A DNA stretch of 63,495 nucleotides, the filler included, from Reticulomyxa filosa (Eukaryota; Protista; Foraminifera): NCBI GenBank assembly GCA_000512085.1. It is 17 parts of 17 records of this genome, joined end to end, with 100 filler letters (N's around TTAATTAATTAA, not from the genome) between each part and the next. Parts side by side here need not be neighbours in the genome. Positions count along the whole stretch, not along the records: positions 25,683 to 36,546 come from ASPP01020724.1; positions 36,647 to 37,911 come from ASPP01028713.1; positions 38,012 to 41,008 come from ASPP01026810.1; positions 41,109 to 42,431 come from ASPP01023894.1; positions 42,532 to 52,981 come from ASPP01018495.1; 12 more parts are not named here. One strand, written 5' to 3'. Within the stretch, counting starts at the first letter, position 1, and every line of letters begins with the position of its first letter. Below, piece by piece: positions 35,891 through 50,933 of this stretch. The notes under the pieces are model-generated. The model was not told the DNA's origin. It saw nothing but the letters and a program-made list of their open reading frames with translations, and made no database searches. Both the position numbers and the translations under genes were made by a program.

Positions 35891-38011
35891 AGGAATCAAT
35901 CACAATACAAAGATTTTACAACTCTTGACACAAAATCTCACAATATCTAGGAAACCTCACAATGTCAAGAAATATGACACTAGTTTTTTGTCCTATTTTC
36001 CCTTTTACTGGAAAACACGTTTTAAAACTTGTTTCACAAATGGAAACAAATTTTTAATTACCTTTGCTATGCATATGCTTCTGTAGAACTAACTTCTCTT
36101 CTTTGATGGAGATGTGAGATCAATCACAAACAACAAATCATTGAACTTATTCTCAATAAATTATCCTATCGTGTACTATTAAAATATAATACTTTCATTG
36201 TTAATTTCTATCAATTCAGATCTCAATTATATCTGAAAAAAAATTTTTTGCAGTGTTTTTACCATTTTGTTGGTTTTTCTTGTGCATTGATTAAAGTTTT
36301 AATTCTTCTTGGCATTGACTCAACTAGATCATTTTGACATAGTTGAATGTCATTTTTTCCAAATATTTTTTCAAATTTTTCACAAAGTTTTTGTTTGTTG
36401 TTAATTTTTTTGCCTTTGTATAATTTTACTTTAATTATCCACCAAATGTTCTCAATTGGATTAGGTCTGGTGAATTATGAGTAAAATTTATAAGTTATAC
36501 AGAGGTTGCAAAGAAAACTGAACGCCTAAAACAATATCTTATGATGNNNNNNNNNNNNNNNNNNNNNNNNNNNNNNNNNNNNNNNNNNNNTTAATTAATT
36601 AANNNNNNNNNNNNNNNNNNNNNNNNNNNNNNNNNNNNNNNNNNNNTTATCCACAGACGGTAAAAAACGAGTACGTGAACAACCCTGGTATCAACGTTCG
36701 AAAGCATTTCAAAGAGGGCAATTCACACAATGACAAATTTGAGATTTTATATGACATTGAAACTATAATAAAAAACCATCATTTGTGGGCTCTCATTTGT
36801 GAAGGTATTGTGCATGAATATATATTGTGGCTCTATCTTTTGAATGAAAAAAGATTATATGCGATTTGAACACTTTTGTGATATGTCGTTTGTCGGAAAA
36901 GATATCTTCTCCCAATGGAATTGCGTTTTTTAATTTGAAACAAAACGGAAAAACGAACGCAGTGAATGAATACACAAACAATTGATATTTGACCAATTTT
37001 TTGTGCCTAGCTTGAACACGATTAAGTACTTCTTTCATGAGGAAGACATTTCCATTAAAGAAGGACTCTAATATCGGGAAAACAAAACAACACAAATGAG
37101 AGCTTGTGTTCAAAATCCACTCAGTGGTCTTTGGCAACTTTAATCACATGCTAAAGCGCTCACTTCTAAAGTCGTAGGGAACAATTTCTCTTGATTTTTT
37201 GTTAGTTCTAGTACAAAAACTAAGTTCGTTTTCTTCGTATGAAAGAACTCTTGCAATAAAAAAAAGCTTAATTCTTTGCTTTGGCAATTACCAAAAAAAC
37301 TTGCGTAAATGTTCAAATAAATTGTGCACGCCAATCATGTAAATTTTTGTTTTAGCCTAAACTTTTGCATTACATATCATTAATACTAAGTTCACCAGTT
37401 GGGATCATGTTTTTACATCAATACTGTACAAAGCATATTGACAACATAAAATTATCAATTTAAAGTCAGTATCTAATATTTTTGTTAATTTTGTGTTTAT
37501 TTGGAAAAACGTTAAGAACTAACAGTTACAGCAAAAGGGTCAACATTTTTCTTCCCATTTGAAGCATTGCTTTCAATAAGAAAGTTAAGGAAAATGGTAA
37601 CAGATTCCAATCCAAACGACGATAACATCACAAAAAAATTGCTGATTTTGGATGACACCATTAAAAGTTGATTGAGTGAACATTTTTTTAACTTAAAGTG
37701 TGACCATTTTTATTATTATTGTATTTTTAACAGAAGAACCCAACTGTGCGTCGAGTTTTTATACTCATAAAAATAACTGGTTTCATCGTGTTCGGGCTGA
37801 GGTTTTAACTCCCAATGACTGTATTTTCAATGAAACGGATGGTAACTTATACTTTCGATATGACAAAGCAGCCGAGACAAGCAAGATGATCGTGATCATT
37901 ATCATTGCAGTNNNNNNNNNNNNNNNNNNNNNNNNNNNNNNNNNNNNNNNNNNNNTTAATTAATTAANNNNNNNNNNNNNNNNNNNNNNNNNNNNNNNNN
38001 NNNNNNNNNNN

Positions 38012-40023
38012 CTTAGCTTTATTGTCTTTATCCAAGGTTTGTACTTGTACTCTTTTTTTTTTTTTTTTTTTTGATTTTTGTTTTCTCCACGAAATTTCTT
38101 TTTCTTTTCTTTTTTTTATTTTTTTTATTTTTTTAATAATATCATTAACAATAACAATAACAATAAGATATTATCTTCGCCGAAATCGGTGAATTTACAA
38201 GGGATTGAAAATGAGTTGAAATTAGCAAGTGAATCGATAGAAAAAATGCTGAGCAAAGAGGATCAGCATTCTCAGTATTTGTCATTCAGCAACAGTGTGA
38301 CGGCAACAACGTATGTGATGGAATCCGCTATCGCTTTGTGGGATGTGTTGTCCAAAAAGGATACACTTAAACCATATCTTCCCAAAACCAAGTTGGCTAT
38401 TTTCACTGACAACACTTATGTGGAACGATTGGTTCGGTATTATTTGCAATTCAAATATACCACAAGTTAGTTTTGCTTCCAACCTGGTTTCTGGGATATA
38501 TATACATTCAATTTATGCGTACAAAGTTGCTTACATATGTATATACATGTATTGACTATTGCAATCATTACGCTAATAAACACTGAATAATTAAAAACAA
38601 AAAACAAACTAACGTTCAAAGGTGCCATCAACGCTCGCCATGTTTTAGTCGTTTTTGATTTGTTGGAAAAATCATCACATGTCAAAGTTCCGGTGGCAAT
38701 AAAAGTGTCGAACCGAGTATTTTCTTGGGACTCGACAAGTCGTGGTGCGCCGCTGACTGTCCGCGTGACGGATGTGTTTGGTCGGCCGATATTGCACGGA
38801 CCAAGTATCAGCATTGAATCGAGCGGAAACAGTAAAGGCAAAGGACCTTCCGGCCCCTTCTCCGAAAAAACTAAAAATGTGGAATTTGTTTATGATTTCT
38901 TGGCCGAGCTGAAAAAGTTGGAATCGGAGGCCTTTGGTACTTATGATGTTTCTGTGCATGTTAAAGACTCTCAAGTTCTTGGTGATGACTCAATCGCTGT
39001 CAAAGTTTGGTTGATATATAATTTGTATATGTATATTATAATTTTTTTATGTTGAATATCTGTAATCATGCGTCTTATAAATGAAATGGAAATGAGGATA
39101 CGCACACACACACACATACAAAAAAAAAGTTTGAGGTGAAAGTGACAGTGTCAATCCGATCACTCACACTTTCAGTGAGAAAAGGTAAGAAAGGAGAAGA
39201 TGCAGGTGATAAGGTGACATATCCTGACACACTTAAAGATTCATACGAAATTGGACCAATGGCTAGGGTTATCTTTGAACTTAGCTTGAAATCTGCGATT
39301 AGTCCAAGACACATTGCCTTTGATTTCATTTCCAGAAAAACCAAACAAGTTAGTTGAATAATGGGAAAAAAATGATAATAATAATAAAGCCACAAACTCA
39401 TTTGTTTGGTGTTTGAAACAAATTCGAATATATAGAGTATAGTACAAATTGCGCCACAAGTTCGCCAAAATGTGTACTCTTTGTCTGTGGACACGAACAA
39501 ATCTCCATTTCATGAATTGTTGAAAGAAGGGGAATATGATGTCAATATATACATTGGGGATGTGCACTTGGACAAAAATGTGGAATGGTCAAAAGTGGCG
39601 AAGGTATTTGTGATTGAAGAGGAAGAAGCAGAGGCCAAGGATTATGAACCTGTCAATGATGAGGTACCCAAATATGCCCCAAAAGAGGATATCGAACATA
39701 CTTTTGCTCCTCCTCAATCACTACCTCCTGCTTTCTTTTCCATCACTTTTAATGCCTTAGTATTCTTGCCTTTTATTTTGCTGTTGTATCAAATATTCAT
39801 CGTATTAGAGGTTAAATTGGACTTGTTTAGCAGTCCTTATGCAATTCTTTTTGTTATATGCCTCCTGATCGATTGCTTCGCTCTATTTTTCTATTGGTAT
39901 CAATGGAATATTTTTGAAGCTATGTTATGGCTGTTTTGGCTATCACTTCCTACGTCATATTTCGGATATTCCATATTAAAAAAACACTTGGAAATACGAA
40001 TCTCGGCAAAAAAAAATGAGTAA
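38012..40023 (+). CDS. RPN2: Oligosaccharyltransferase subunit ribophorin II (RPN2/Swp1), 5' truncated, multi-exon
   Basis: GEYDVNIYIGD, YAPKEDIEHTFAPPQSLPP and three C-terminal TM helices ending YW..WNIFE...YFGYSIL are the ribophorin II C-terminal signature. Confidence 0.85.
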
Positions 40024-42959
40024 TGAAATATCTTGTATCCAAAAACCTTCTAAAAACAACAAAAAATATACTCCACCAATACAAGAAAACAATGTATTTG
40101 TTTTAATATTGTGGTTGCGTATTTTTGTGATTTATGTGGTTGTCGGTGTCACGATGGATTTGTTTCAAACAGAAACGTCATCATTCCCAACATTTCTATT
40201 CAAAAATTTCTTTTTGTCAATGAGCAAATGTAATCTTTCTAGCTTCAATTATTTAATAGTATCCGTCGGCTCAAGTACAAGAGTTTCACTTCTTTTCTCT
40301 TTGCTAACTATTGAAATTTATTACAAGACATCAATATTTCAAACTTCTGTAATAAGTTCGCTGTTTAATCGTTCAAATTCTATGTATTAATTCATTTTTA
40401 TAACAACTTATTTTCAAAAAATATACAAATAATATTGCCATATAAAGTTAACAAACCACAGCTCGAATATTACTAAAATTAACGGCAGAATCAAATTTAA
40501 AGTATTCGCAATTACAGTCATTAAGCTTTGTGATGATTAACTCATATTTCTCATTTTCATAACTAGTGCAAACTTGCAAATTATGACATTGTGCAAGTTG
40601 AAAATATGCATTTATATTTTCCTTAACTCTACATCGATAACAAAAACCACATGTATGATACCACAACAAATAATGCAAGCATCTGGCGTAAATGCATTAA
40701 ATATACATCTTTATCCACAAAGATATACTCAAGTGAATGCATTGTGATAACAAAATAAATTTTTTTTCAATAAGCAATAAACTATTAAATAGAATATAAC
40801 TACAAAATGTTTGAAATTTGCATCGTTGTATTTCAATACATTTTACAGTATGTTTGTTATTGCGCAACAAAAAAAGCATTTCGAAAAATTTACTTTAAAA
40901 AATATTTTTTTTATTTAAGAAAAATGAAAATATAAAATCATAATAATTTCTTGTTCTGCAGAAATAAATGTAATAATTTTCTAATAAAAAATAATTTTTT
41001 TAAAAAAANNNNNNNNNNNNNNNNNNNNNNNNNNNNNNNNNNNNNNNNNNNNTTAATTAATTAANNNNNNNNNNNNNNNNNNNNNNNNNNNNNNNNNNNN
41101 NNNNNNNNCATTTGAAAGAAGACCGAGGTTAGGAAATATTGATTGTTTTGTCTTTCTTTTAAGGCAGTTCGAATTGAGTTGTTGTTTGTTGTCTTTGTGT
41201 TTATGACACTAGGATATGTTAAGTCCATTGGTGGTGTAGATGATGGAGCCACAAATGAAGAAAAAGAAGTGGATGCACAGAAATGCAAAAGCAATAACTA
41301 CTATTTTGATTAGAACGGAGGTATCACAAAAACTACAAAAAAAAAAAACAATTGACGTGACCCTCCCATAAATAAAAAACATCCAACAACGGCGAATAGT
41401 GTTAATGCAAGAGACACATGGAGATGTTGAATCGGGAAATCATATCGGTCCGTCTACAATATCGAGAGTACCGTCTCCACTCGGTCAAATATAAATTGGT
41501 GGATCTTTTCCAAGGTGGCATGCGAGTCAAGAAAATATTAGACGTCCTTTGCACAATGCACAAACATTCAATACCATATCCCTTCCTTGTTGCAATACCT
41601 GCGTTCGTAAGGATCACTCCGTTTCGCAAATGCATGAACAGCCGTGCCATCGTAAATACGAGTACGGCCCATCATTTCGTGTTGGAACAATGCCGGCACT
41701 CCTTGCCCAGGGACAAAGCGACGACTCAACACATTTAATACAATGACCAAGTCATTGTATTCAATGTGAACAAAAATAAGACCGCAAATACTACCTTACA
41801 ATTGATAGTGATTTCCATTGTCACTTCTATTGGCTCCATTTTGTTGCTATTTCGTCATTGGACACTTGAGACTGCGTCGATGCCATGGTCTAATCTTGGG
41901 ATCACAGTTGTACCAGCGTATTTTCTCTATCTTCTTCGCTGATTGCATTGGTTGTTGCCAAAGACACATTCGATTGAATACCATTGTTATTATCGAGTAA
42001 AAAAGCAAAGCAAGACTAATCACGACCTCGGAGTGCACACAAGACAAAAATGGAAACAATATACATATATATATATTGTCAGTCTAATCTCTTCGTTGAT
42101 ATAACAAGTCAACGCATTGAATTGTCTTTCTTTTGTTGTTTTTTCAATGTGATTAGTTTCATTGTGTGATTTATCATCACTGTAGTGCAAGTGTGTTTTA
42201 TGTGCTCTGATGATTGTTGCTATCTTTCAATATAGCTGCATTTTTTTTTTTGAATTATTCTTTTCTGATCCATATCTGAGCCAGTTGATTTAAAAAAAGC
42301 AATCCAAATTTTAATACTTTCTTGCATTCTTTTCCGTTGGTGCAGTTGAAAACATCTTTCATCTCCAAGTATTCCCTCCTTGGATTGTTCATTTTTCTAT
42401 CTCAACAAAATTTTGCGATGAATAATGTTACNNNNNNNNNNNNNNNNNNNNNNNNNNNNNNNNNNNNNNNNNNNNTTAATTAATTAANNNNNNNNNNNNN
42501 NNNNNNNNNNNNNNNNNNNNNNNNNNNNNNNAATAACAAGATTTTTTTCTTTACTCTCTCCCTCACAGAAAGGCTACCTAATTTTAACTTGACAATACAT
42601 CTTGGTGTTATTTAAAAGTATGATATAAAGAATAATTCACCTATTTTTTTCTTTCTTATCCATTACCAAAGGATAAGATTTTGTCTCATTGATGCCGTCC
42701 CAAGTTGTTTCTATAAAAATGCTACTTTTCACATAAATTTATAACAAAAAATCGATGTGGTATTAGAGTATTTAAAAAATAACAGTTAGTAGCATTGAAA
42801 ATTTGCAAACAATAAGGTTTTGGTTTTGTTGTAACTTGTTTAAAAGGAGAAAGAATAGGAAAAAATGCAAAGTAATGCAAGTATGATCACAACTTTACAA
42901 GGCGGACTAAGTGTAAACGGAGTAAGATTGGAAAATGTATTGAAAAACAAAAATTGGAA

Positions 42960-44345
42960 ATGAATAGTGGCACAGGCGTGCTAACGATGATCGGGTCAAA
43001 AGGAGATAAAAACAACAGCAACAGCAGTAATTCGAACATACATATTATCAAAAACGATGATGATAATAATGAAATGGATGATGACAGTAATGAAGATAAT
43101 GACAACAGTGATAATAATAGCAACAGTAGTAATAATAGTAATAATAACAAGGGTGGGACTGAAGTAAGTATAGGAATACATACAAATGTAAAAAATAATG
43201 AAGAGATGGATAAGAAAAAAAGAGGAAACGAAACATCAATAGAATTACTAAAATTATCAGGACAAATATTTGTTAGTTTTTGGATTTGTGGATTTGCAGA
43301 AGAGAAAATGTTTTCACACAAAGAATTTCAATTTGTATGGTATTTAGCAACGTTAGAATTAATATTTTTTTGTGTTGTGACATACATACATGAGATTATT
43401 AAATATAAAGAAGAAAATGTGCATTTACATTCCCATTCAAATTCCAATTATCAAACTATCAACAATAATAATAATAGTGACAATAACAATAATAATAAAA
43501 ACAAAGAAAAAAAAAGAAAAAGAAAAAACATTGGTATGAAATAATACAAAGGAAATCGTCATTCAATTTACACGGAATAATAGCATTAGCAATGATAGGA
43601 TCGCGGAGTTTAACATTATTATCGTTATTGTACCTAAATTATCCGACTCAAGTTATTTTTAAATCAATGAAATTATTGGCGGTATTGGTTGGAAGTATAT
43701 GTGGATTAAAAAAAAGATATAATTGTTTAGAAATTGTCGGCCATGTATGCATGGTTATTGCTGCTTGTTTATTTAGTTTGGGAGATAATGAATCAGATAC
43801 TAAATTTAATGTTGTTGGTGTCATTTTGGTTTTATTAAGGTACATTTAATATATATGTATATAATGTATATACATATATTTACATACATAAATATACGTT
43901 CATATGTCTATTTATATATAGCTTACTTGCAGATTCTATTCACGCCAACAGTCAAGAGCATGCCCTCACTGTAAATCAATCATCTTATTATGAACTTATG
44001 TTTTATTCAAATGGTATTGCAGCAATTTGTTCTGCAATTGTTTGTATATCTACTGGAGAAATGAGTAGAGCTTTATCTGTATTTCAGCAATATCCAATTC
44101 TTTGGACATTATTTTTTATTCGATGTACCAGTATTTATTTTGGTACTCTGGCTTATTTGGAAATGACCAGAAAATTTGGCGCTGTTCTTGCTTCTGAAGT
44201 CACCACTGCGAGAAAAGTGCTTACTGTTGCCACTTCTTATTATTTTTTTCCAAAACCCTTCTTTTTTAAACATCAAATTGGTTCTTTAGCTTTTGTTGCC
44301 GCTGTTGCTTTTAGTTTTTTTGGAAAAAGAACTTCCATTTATTAA
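42960..44345 (+). CDS. UAA-family nucleotide-sugar/PAPS transporter (SLC35B3-like)
   Basis: SLLYLNYPTQVIFKSMKLL, KKRY, LFSLGD, MFYS, KFGA...VTTARKVLT..SYYFFPKPF; poly-Asn inserts; frameshift fixed by +1 A at 43507-43528; intron ~43840-43921; start uncertain. Confidence 0.85.
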
Positions 44346-45042
44346 TTACTTTTTCATTTGTTTTTTAATGTTTTGTTTGGAGTTCTTTTTTTGTTAACTG
44401 TTTTCAAGCTTTTCAGATTCGAAGAAAAAGTACAAATACCTATTGATTTTGTGTTTGTCCTTCTTTTTACAACACTTACAAAAATGAACCCTTCCAAAGT
44501 AATATACATATATTTTTCTAAGGTTTCAATGGATAACTAAGTGAACAATTTCTCAGCATGACAATCTTTAAAAAATCTTTCATTTCATAACGAGAAAAAA
44601 TAGGTTTACGAATGACTGATTTATTCTGAGTTTTAAATACTATTTTACTTAACTCGAAAGCTAGAAATGAAAATTGTGCAAAAGATACGAGAACTTTTTA
44701 ATTGCTACGTTATTTGAATAAGGCCGCATTAAACTGAGGAAAATGATATAGGCAAATTTTTTGCATAAGACTAAAGTGAAGTGAATGCATCAGAGCCGAA
44801 AGAGATAATACTTTTGATTGAAATTTTACTTAGAGGGACTGTCTAGCAAAGAAAGGAATTTCTCTCGCGATAAACAGGGATTCTACGGGGAAAAAAAAGG
44901 CATGAAAAGGAAAAATTATACGTCACAATGGTATGCACAACTTCCAAACGATCCACATTCTGTACAAGCTTTCATAGAAGAAAAATCTCAAGCAAAAAAA
45001 GGTCAATAGAAAACACGGGGAAGAAAAGCTTGTGAAAAGTCA

Positions 45043-48000
45043 TTATTTCTTGCTGTGCTTCGTTTTCCAATTTTGATAAGCGTCAGAGTAGTTTAATCCA
45101 TTGATAGCGACACGATATTGATATTCATTTCCAATCAACTCAATAGTGACAACAACAACATCCCTATCAATGTCAATACGAAATGATGAAGCAGTGGATT
45201 TATTATTATATTTTTCACCACCATCAACCCACAACATTCGTCGAGTCTTTGCTTTATTGTCTTGGGTGTGCTGCAATACAATAGTATGAGGCATGTCTAT
45301 GGTAAGGAGTTTTGTTTCAATACATTGTAAAAAGCATGATTGAAAAATGCGTTTTTATACAAAAATTATGTTTTACTCAACTGTCTGATGTGACAAAGTG
45401 CCATTCTACAAGTACTCTTTTTTTTGTGCCTTTTTGGCTGATCGTTTTTGTTTTTCTTCCCCAAATCTCTTGAACAGGCTGAGGATTCAATGGATCTCCG
45501 ATAACTTTTCTGACTTCAAGGTTTGATGCGTTTTGATCGTCAGATCCTTCCCCCAGCGCATCGTTATCTAAAACTCCTTCGCTAGCAGACAGATCTTCCA
45601 AACTGGATTTTTTAGACGAAGAATAAGCATGAGAATGAGGGACTGACTTGGACTAACAAAAAAAAAAAAAAAAAAAAAAGAAATAAGACCAAATAAGGGT
45701 AAGAAATAGAAAACTTTTTGTTTGTGTCAACATGATACCGGAGCAATTAATTTTGGAACCTCTTCATCCGACAAAATGTTCTTTTGCAATTTGGAATTGA
45801 TAGTGAGACTGTCACTCGAATGATTTTTATTTTTTTTGCGATCGTCGTTATTGGATGAATCGTTTTTTTGATTGGACTTGAACTGGGTCAATGCGGCTTC
45901 TTGTTGAGCTAAAAATTGAGCGTTTAGCGAGGCCATATCAGACAGCGCAGGACTTTCGGCAACATTTACCCCTGGATTTATAATGCCCAATGCCAAATTG
46001 GGCATATCTCCCACGACGTTCGCACTCCCTCCGTTTATAGCATTGTTCGATTTTGCCTGCTTCAATTGCTGTTGCAACTTTGTGATCATTTGTCGAAATT
46101 CGTTGTTTTGTTTTTTCAACGCCTCATTGACACGAGTGTATTCGCCATGTTGCAATTCCAATGTTTTAATGTGTTGTTTGACCGATTCATATTTTGCTCG
46201 GAACTTGTCGGCCAATTCTTGGTTGTCTTTCACGCGCTATGTTTGAAACACAAACATTGATTCAAATGTTGGAAATGTTACATTTCGGAAATCGATTGTA
46301 GACACACCTTTTCCCATTGATCTTGGACTTGAAGTGTATTGGCTTCGATCATACTCAATTGGTCCTGCAAATCTTTGATTTGCTTTTCGTATTTGATGTC
46401 GGAAGAGGCTTGATATTCCAACGCCACTTGTTTGGATCGTTCATTGGATAGGGCCTCACTCAAAACGTCCTTTTCATTTCGCAAATGTTCCAATTGCCAT
46501 TGCAATGATTGTTTTTCGGTTTCCATTTGCGCTTTCAAATGCCCGATTTCCTGTTTCATCCTTCGAACATCTTCCTTGTCGGAGCCTGTTCGCTCTTCCA
46601 TCTCGTTCATTTGCGATAGCAGCGCAGACATTTCGTCACGTGCGGATGTCAAATCTTTCTGAGACTCTGTCAATCGATCCATGCAAATGCTGCACCCTTG
46701 GCGCAAGCTCTCCACTTCATTCACTAATGTCACCACATGGCCACGATAATAGTTTACCTGTCGTTCTATTTCCTCTACGTATTGTCTGCTTTTTTCTGAT
46801 AACATCGATCGAATATCTGCGTTTGCCTTTTTTTTGTTTATTTATTTATTTTTTTTTAATAAAAAATAAATAAACAAAAAAAAGGCAAACAAACAAACAA
46901 ACAATGGATTTAATGTTGGATGTAAGGGATTTGTTTGCTTCGCGCAATCGAAGAATCTCTCGATTTAAGTCTTGATTTAATTGATATAATGGACGCAATT
47001 GAGTCAACTCTTTTTCATAGCTTCGACGCTTTTTTTCTAGCTCTGCCTTTTCTTGAATCAACTTTTCGTGATGAATTCCAAATAATTCCTTTTCATTTCA
47101 ATTTTTTTTTTTTTAATATTGCATTTATTGATTTACATTTGCATTGGGAATAATATATATATATATATTATTTTTTTTTTTAACTTTAAGTTTTTCTTCT
47201 CTTTTCGTCAAATCCAATTTTGGAAAATTCAATTTACTTTCTAATTGCAGTTCGATCAATCGACTATTCAAAAGTATGATGAAACCACATTGTCGATTGA
47301 GTTGAGCAATTTCCTGTTTGTCAAACGCAAATATACATATATATATATACTGATGAACACCCACAAACATGTAGACATATGTAAAAAACCGGATCAGCAC
47401 TAAAGTCAGGAACGTCAATCAAGTCCGGCACCTTTGGGACGTCAGAATAACCACTAATGTCATCCGACAAACTTGGGAAGGCATCTGAATGATTTATTTT
47501 TCTGCATTTGTGTGTATTGAAAACAACATGTTTTGTCTTGTTTTTGTTTTATTTTTTTTTGAGACGCAACTTTGTTGTGAATAATAATTGGCGTGACTAT
47601 TTGGATTTGCACTGTACGACGTAACGCGAAGTCGGACTTGTCCCATGTGTTCCTCTTCATCTCCGTTTGGATTGCTGTAACCCTCTTCGCCGAGGTAAGG
47701 TGAATCCAAGTTAGAATTGTTCTTGATATGGACGGTTGTGTTATACATTTCATTTTCAACCATCGGTGATTGAATATTGTCATCTCCCATTCCATTTGTT
47801 ATTTTCTCCATGTTTTGATTGTCACTGTTATTGTTGTTGTTTTTCTTGCCATTTTGATTTATTGGCTTTGGTGGTAACGAAAATTGTGGAGCACTTATTT
47901 CCTTATCGGGAGGACTTTCAAAATTCTCTGTCGAATTCATTTGAAAGCTAGTGTCGTCTTCTTCTGTTAAGTCAATGTCCAGCTCTTCAACTCGTTTAAA

Positions 48001-48639
48001 CTCCTCCTTCTTATCTCTCGCCACTAGATTGCTGCTACTATTCCCATTCACATTTCGATTTTTTGGTGGGGGTGGAGGTGCTCGGCCTGCTCTTTCTGTT
48101 GCACGGTTCATACACAACTTTACATGTTTCATACATTGTACACGTATACGTGTCATTATATATTACATTTTTTATTGTTTGCGTTTTGGTCCCTTTTTTT
48201 TTTTTTCACGTATAAATGAAGTTGTGTACTCCTTATAAATTTTTGTTCCTTTGCTCTGTCGAGTTCAGGTTTGCACACAATACATGTCCCAAAACAAAAT
48301 AATACCATTGCTCGATGATTGGTTTGGCCAAGGTATACCCTCGCTCGATTGATTAGATGTGTCTGTGCATGCAATACTCTCATTGATAACATTTGAAAAG
48401 AGTCAAATAACAAAAGTAGATAATTAGAAAACCGAACAAATCGCAATTAGTTTTACAAACTGTTTGATGGCGGCGGGGTGCGAATCTAAAAGTAACAACA
48501 AATATCGTTAAAAAAAAAAAGAGTGTACGAGGGGCAAGTAGTAACACGGCTATACCAGACGAGAGCTCTGGGATTGTTGCAAATTGCTATTATGTCCTTG
48601 ACGGTTGTTGTTCAGGTTTGCAGAATACCGCGGCTGCAT
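45043..48639 (-). CDS. Large multi-exon coiled-coil protein with a C-terminal FAIM-like beta-sandwich
   Basis: Low-complexity N-terminus (PPPPP, NNNN), long heptad exons at 45727-47061, and C-terminal VEWHF|..HTIVLQH...RRMLWVDGGE...YQYRVAING. 5' exons uncertain. Confidence 0.65.
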
Positions 48640-48995
48640 GGACTCTTGTTTTGTTATTGAAGATGAAAGGGGCACAGAACCGTCAACAAACAAAACCGTA
48701 CTTCGGTTACCTAAGCATTGCAAAAAAAGTCTTTGAAAAATGAAAATTACAATGCCATCAAATTTCTCATTCTCAAGTTTTTTGTGAAATAAGCTTGTAG
48801 GTAAAAATTTTTGAAATACGCTACTTTGATACGAGTAAAGTAAGTACAATGGAATCCATTGGAAATAATAAAAATACTCACTTTTAACAAACTCATATAT
48901 ACTTTCGACAAAAGGCCAACACTGGAACAAGGTTCGAAACGTCACACTGACGCAAAGAAATCGAAAAAAGGATTGCACCTTAATGTTTTAAAAGA

Positions 48996-49980
48996 ATGAC
49001 GGAAATAATAGATTTATTTCTCCAACAAAAAGCTTCAAATGAACACACAGCCGAGCCTCTCACAGACAAAATTTGGGAAAAAGTCCAAAAAGACCACAAT
49101 TTTGAGCAGTCTGAAAAGTACTTCGTTCTTCAAGAAGTGCAAACTGAGCTAGACGAAATCTTGTTACTTAAAAAAGAACTTGACTCACTCAAAATAATTA
49201 TTGAAGAAGAGACTCGTTTGGGCCAGTTGACTAAAAAAAATGATTCTAGCATCAACAACGAACGAAAATTTCTTGAAAGGCACGTTAAAATTCAATATGA
49301 CGAACTCTTTGAGGAGTTATCGCTAAAAAAACAAATTCCAATGGAAATGATACTGCCATTGACACGAAGGCAGCAACAAATTTTAGACAAGATATTGTCA
49401 AGTTTCAAAAGCAATCAGGCCCAACAAATATCGCAAACAACTCCTCAAACGACAAGAAGCCTCTCGACTGGCTCATTGCATACAAAAGAGTTTGCAGAAT
49501 GCATTAGACTCAGTTTTCAACAATGATTTTTCCTACCTCTTGAACCTTGACAGAAGATACTAAGGCGTGTTTTTACGAAAAAAATTGTGCAGTGTTGATA
49601 GAAGAAAAACGTCTACTCCTGGAACAAATCAGCAAATGTAATTCTGAATTAGAGGGTATGAAAAAAACTTTTCGAAAATCTCGGATACAACAATATTTTT
49701 ACATTAAATAGACACAATTCAATCACGGCTTAATTCAGTAACAGATGCCCAAGACTTGAGAGATCTTGACTCACAATTAAGCAAGTTGTGCACGGCGTTT
49801 CGCCTGTCTCAAATTAGTACGGAGAGACAAAGCGTGTCGTCAAAGTGTTCTGCCAGGAGATTAACTCCTTTACCTCCTCTCAAAACTTCGGTCCCGCTTC
49901 GTATAGGAAATATACTGTCAAGGCCAGCCACTGCCCCAATCAAACCGCTTACTCATGCTATTCCACACGGAGACGTCTGA
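48996..49980 (+). CDS. Hypothetical coiled-coil protein (multi-exon)
   Basis: 176-aa helical ORF plus downstream exon-like blocks (~49553-49654 and ~49712-49980) flanked by AG/GT sites. Confidence 0.55.
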
Positions 49981-50933
49981 ATGTTCGATTTTGAACATTT
50001 TTTATCCTGTTCCTTAACTGAGCACATCACATTTCATAAAGAAGTTTGTTTTTATTGATAACTGTCCATTTTGCAAAATTTTGCTTTTTAAATTTTTATC
50101 GAAATATACACGTTGCACAAAAAATAGGACAAAAAAGGCTGTCTTTGAGCAAATGTTAAGGTTTTTCTCAATTAAAACAAACATTCCTTTGTAAAATTTT
50201 GTTGTACTATAATCAAAGGATGTTAAATAGGATTATAATTAAAAAGAAAGAAAAGCAAACATTTTTTGTTTGTGAATTGTGTGAAATCCAAAAACGTGTT
50301 TGATAATAATAAAAATTTAAAAATCATGAAAAAATTGTAATTTTAGCATAACTTTTTGAAAATTTTGTGAAAAAAAGAATCTTTCAGCTATTGAAAAGTT
50401 TCCAATTTTTTGAGATTACATAGACATATTTAAAAAATTAGCATCACATATGAGTAGATGAGATAATAATGTTCCTTTATCCCTGTCTTATCAAAAAGCA
50501 CAATTATTCTCATAGGCACATAATTTGTATATCATTTTCAATTAAAGAAGTCCATTTTCTAAAAATCTACCATAATGCTAATTTTTTAATATCTGTGTAA
50601 TCCAAAAAGAAAATAGAAATTTTCCATAACTGAAAATTCCTTTTTTGTTAACATCGCTTCGAAAAGCAGCAATGAGAGTTATACACTTAAAACAAAACAA
50701 GTTATGAAATGCTAAAACAAATATGAATTACCCAAGCAAATTATCTTTGATCAAATCTACATTAACGTCTTAAATAATAAGATTAACTCCTTTTGCTTTG
50801 TTGCCTTTGTAAGAAAGAAAATTACTTTTTGTTGCTACTGTTTTCTTGTGGTAATCTGCAGAAGCTCTTCAGGTTCGAAGAGCCAATTTTGATGTAGAAA
50901 AATTGATATAAATCATATATAATAATAAAGAAA

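Noticed and set aside
36647-37911. Short ORFs on this contig
   Set aside because: No recognisable domain and no consistent exon chain.
41109-42431. Short ORFs on both strands
   Set aside because: Stops in all frames and no identifiable family; possibly a decayed gene.
12047-48639. A single immune island spanning the caspase-TPR, GIMAP, OAS-like and FAIM-like genes
   Set aside because: These genes lie on different contigs separated by spacers; window adjacency is not genomic linkage.
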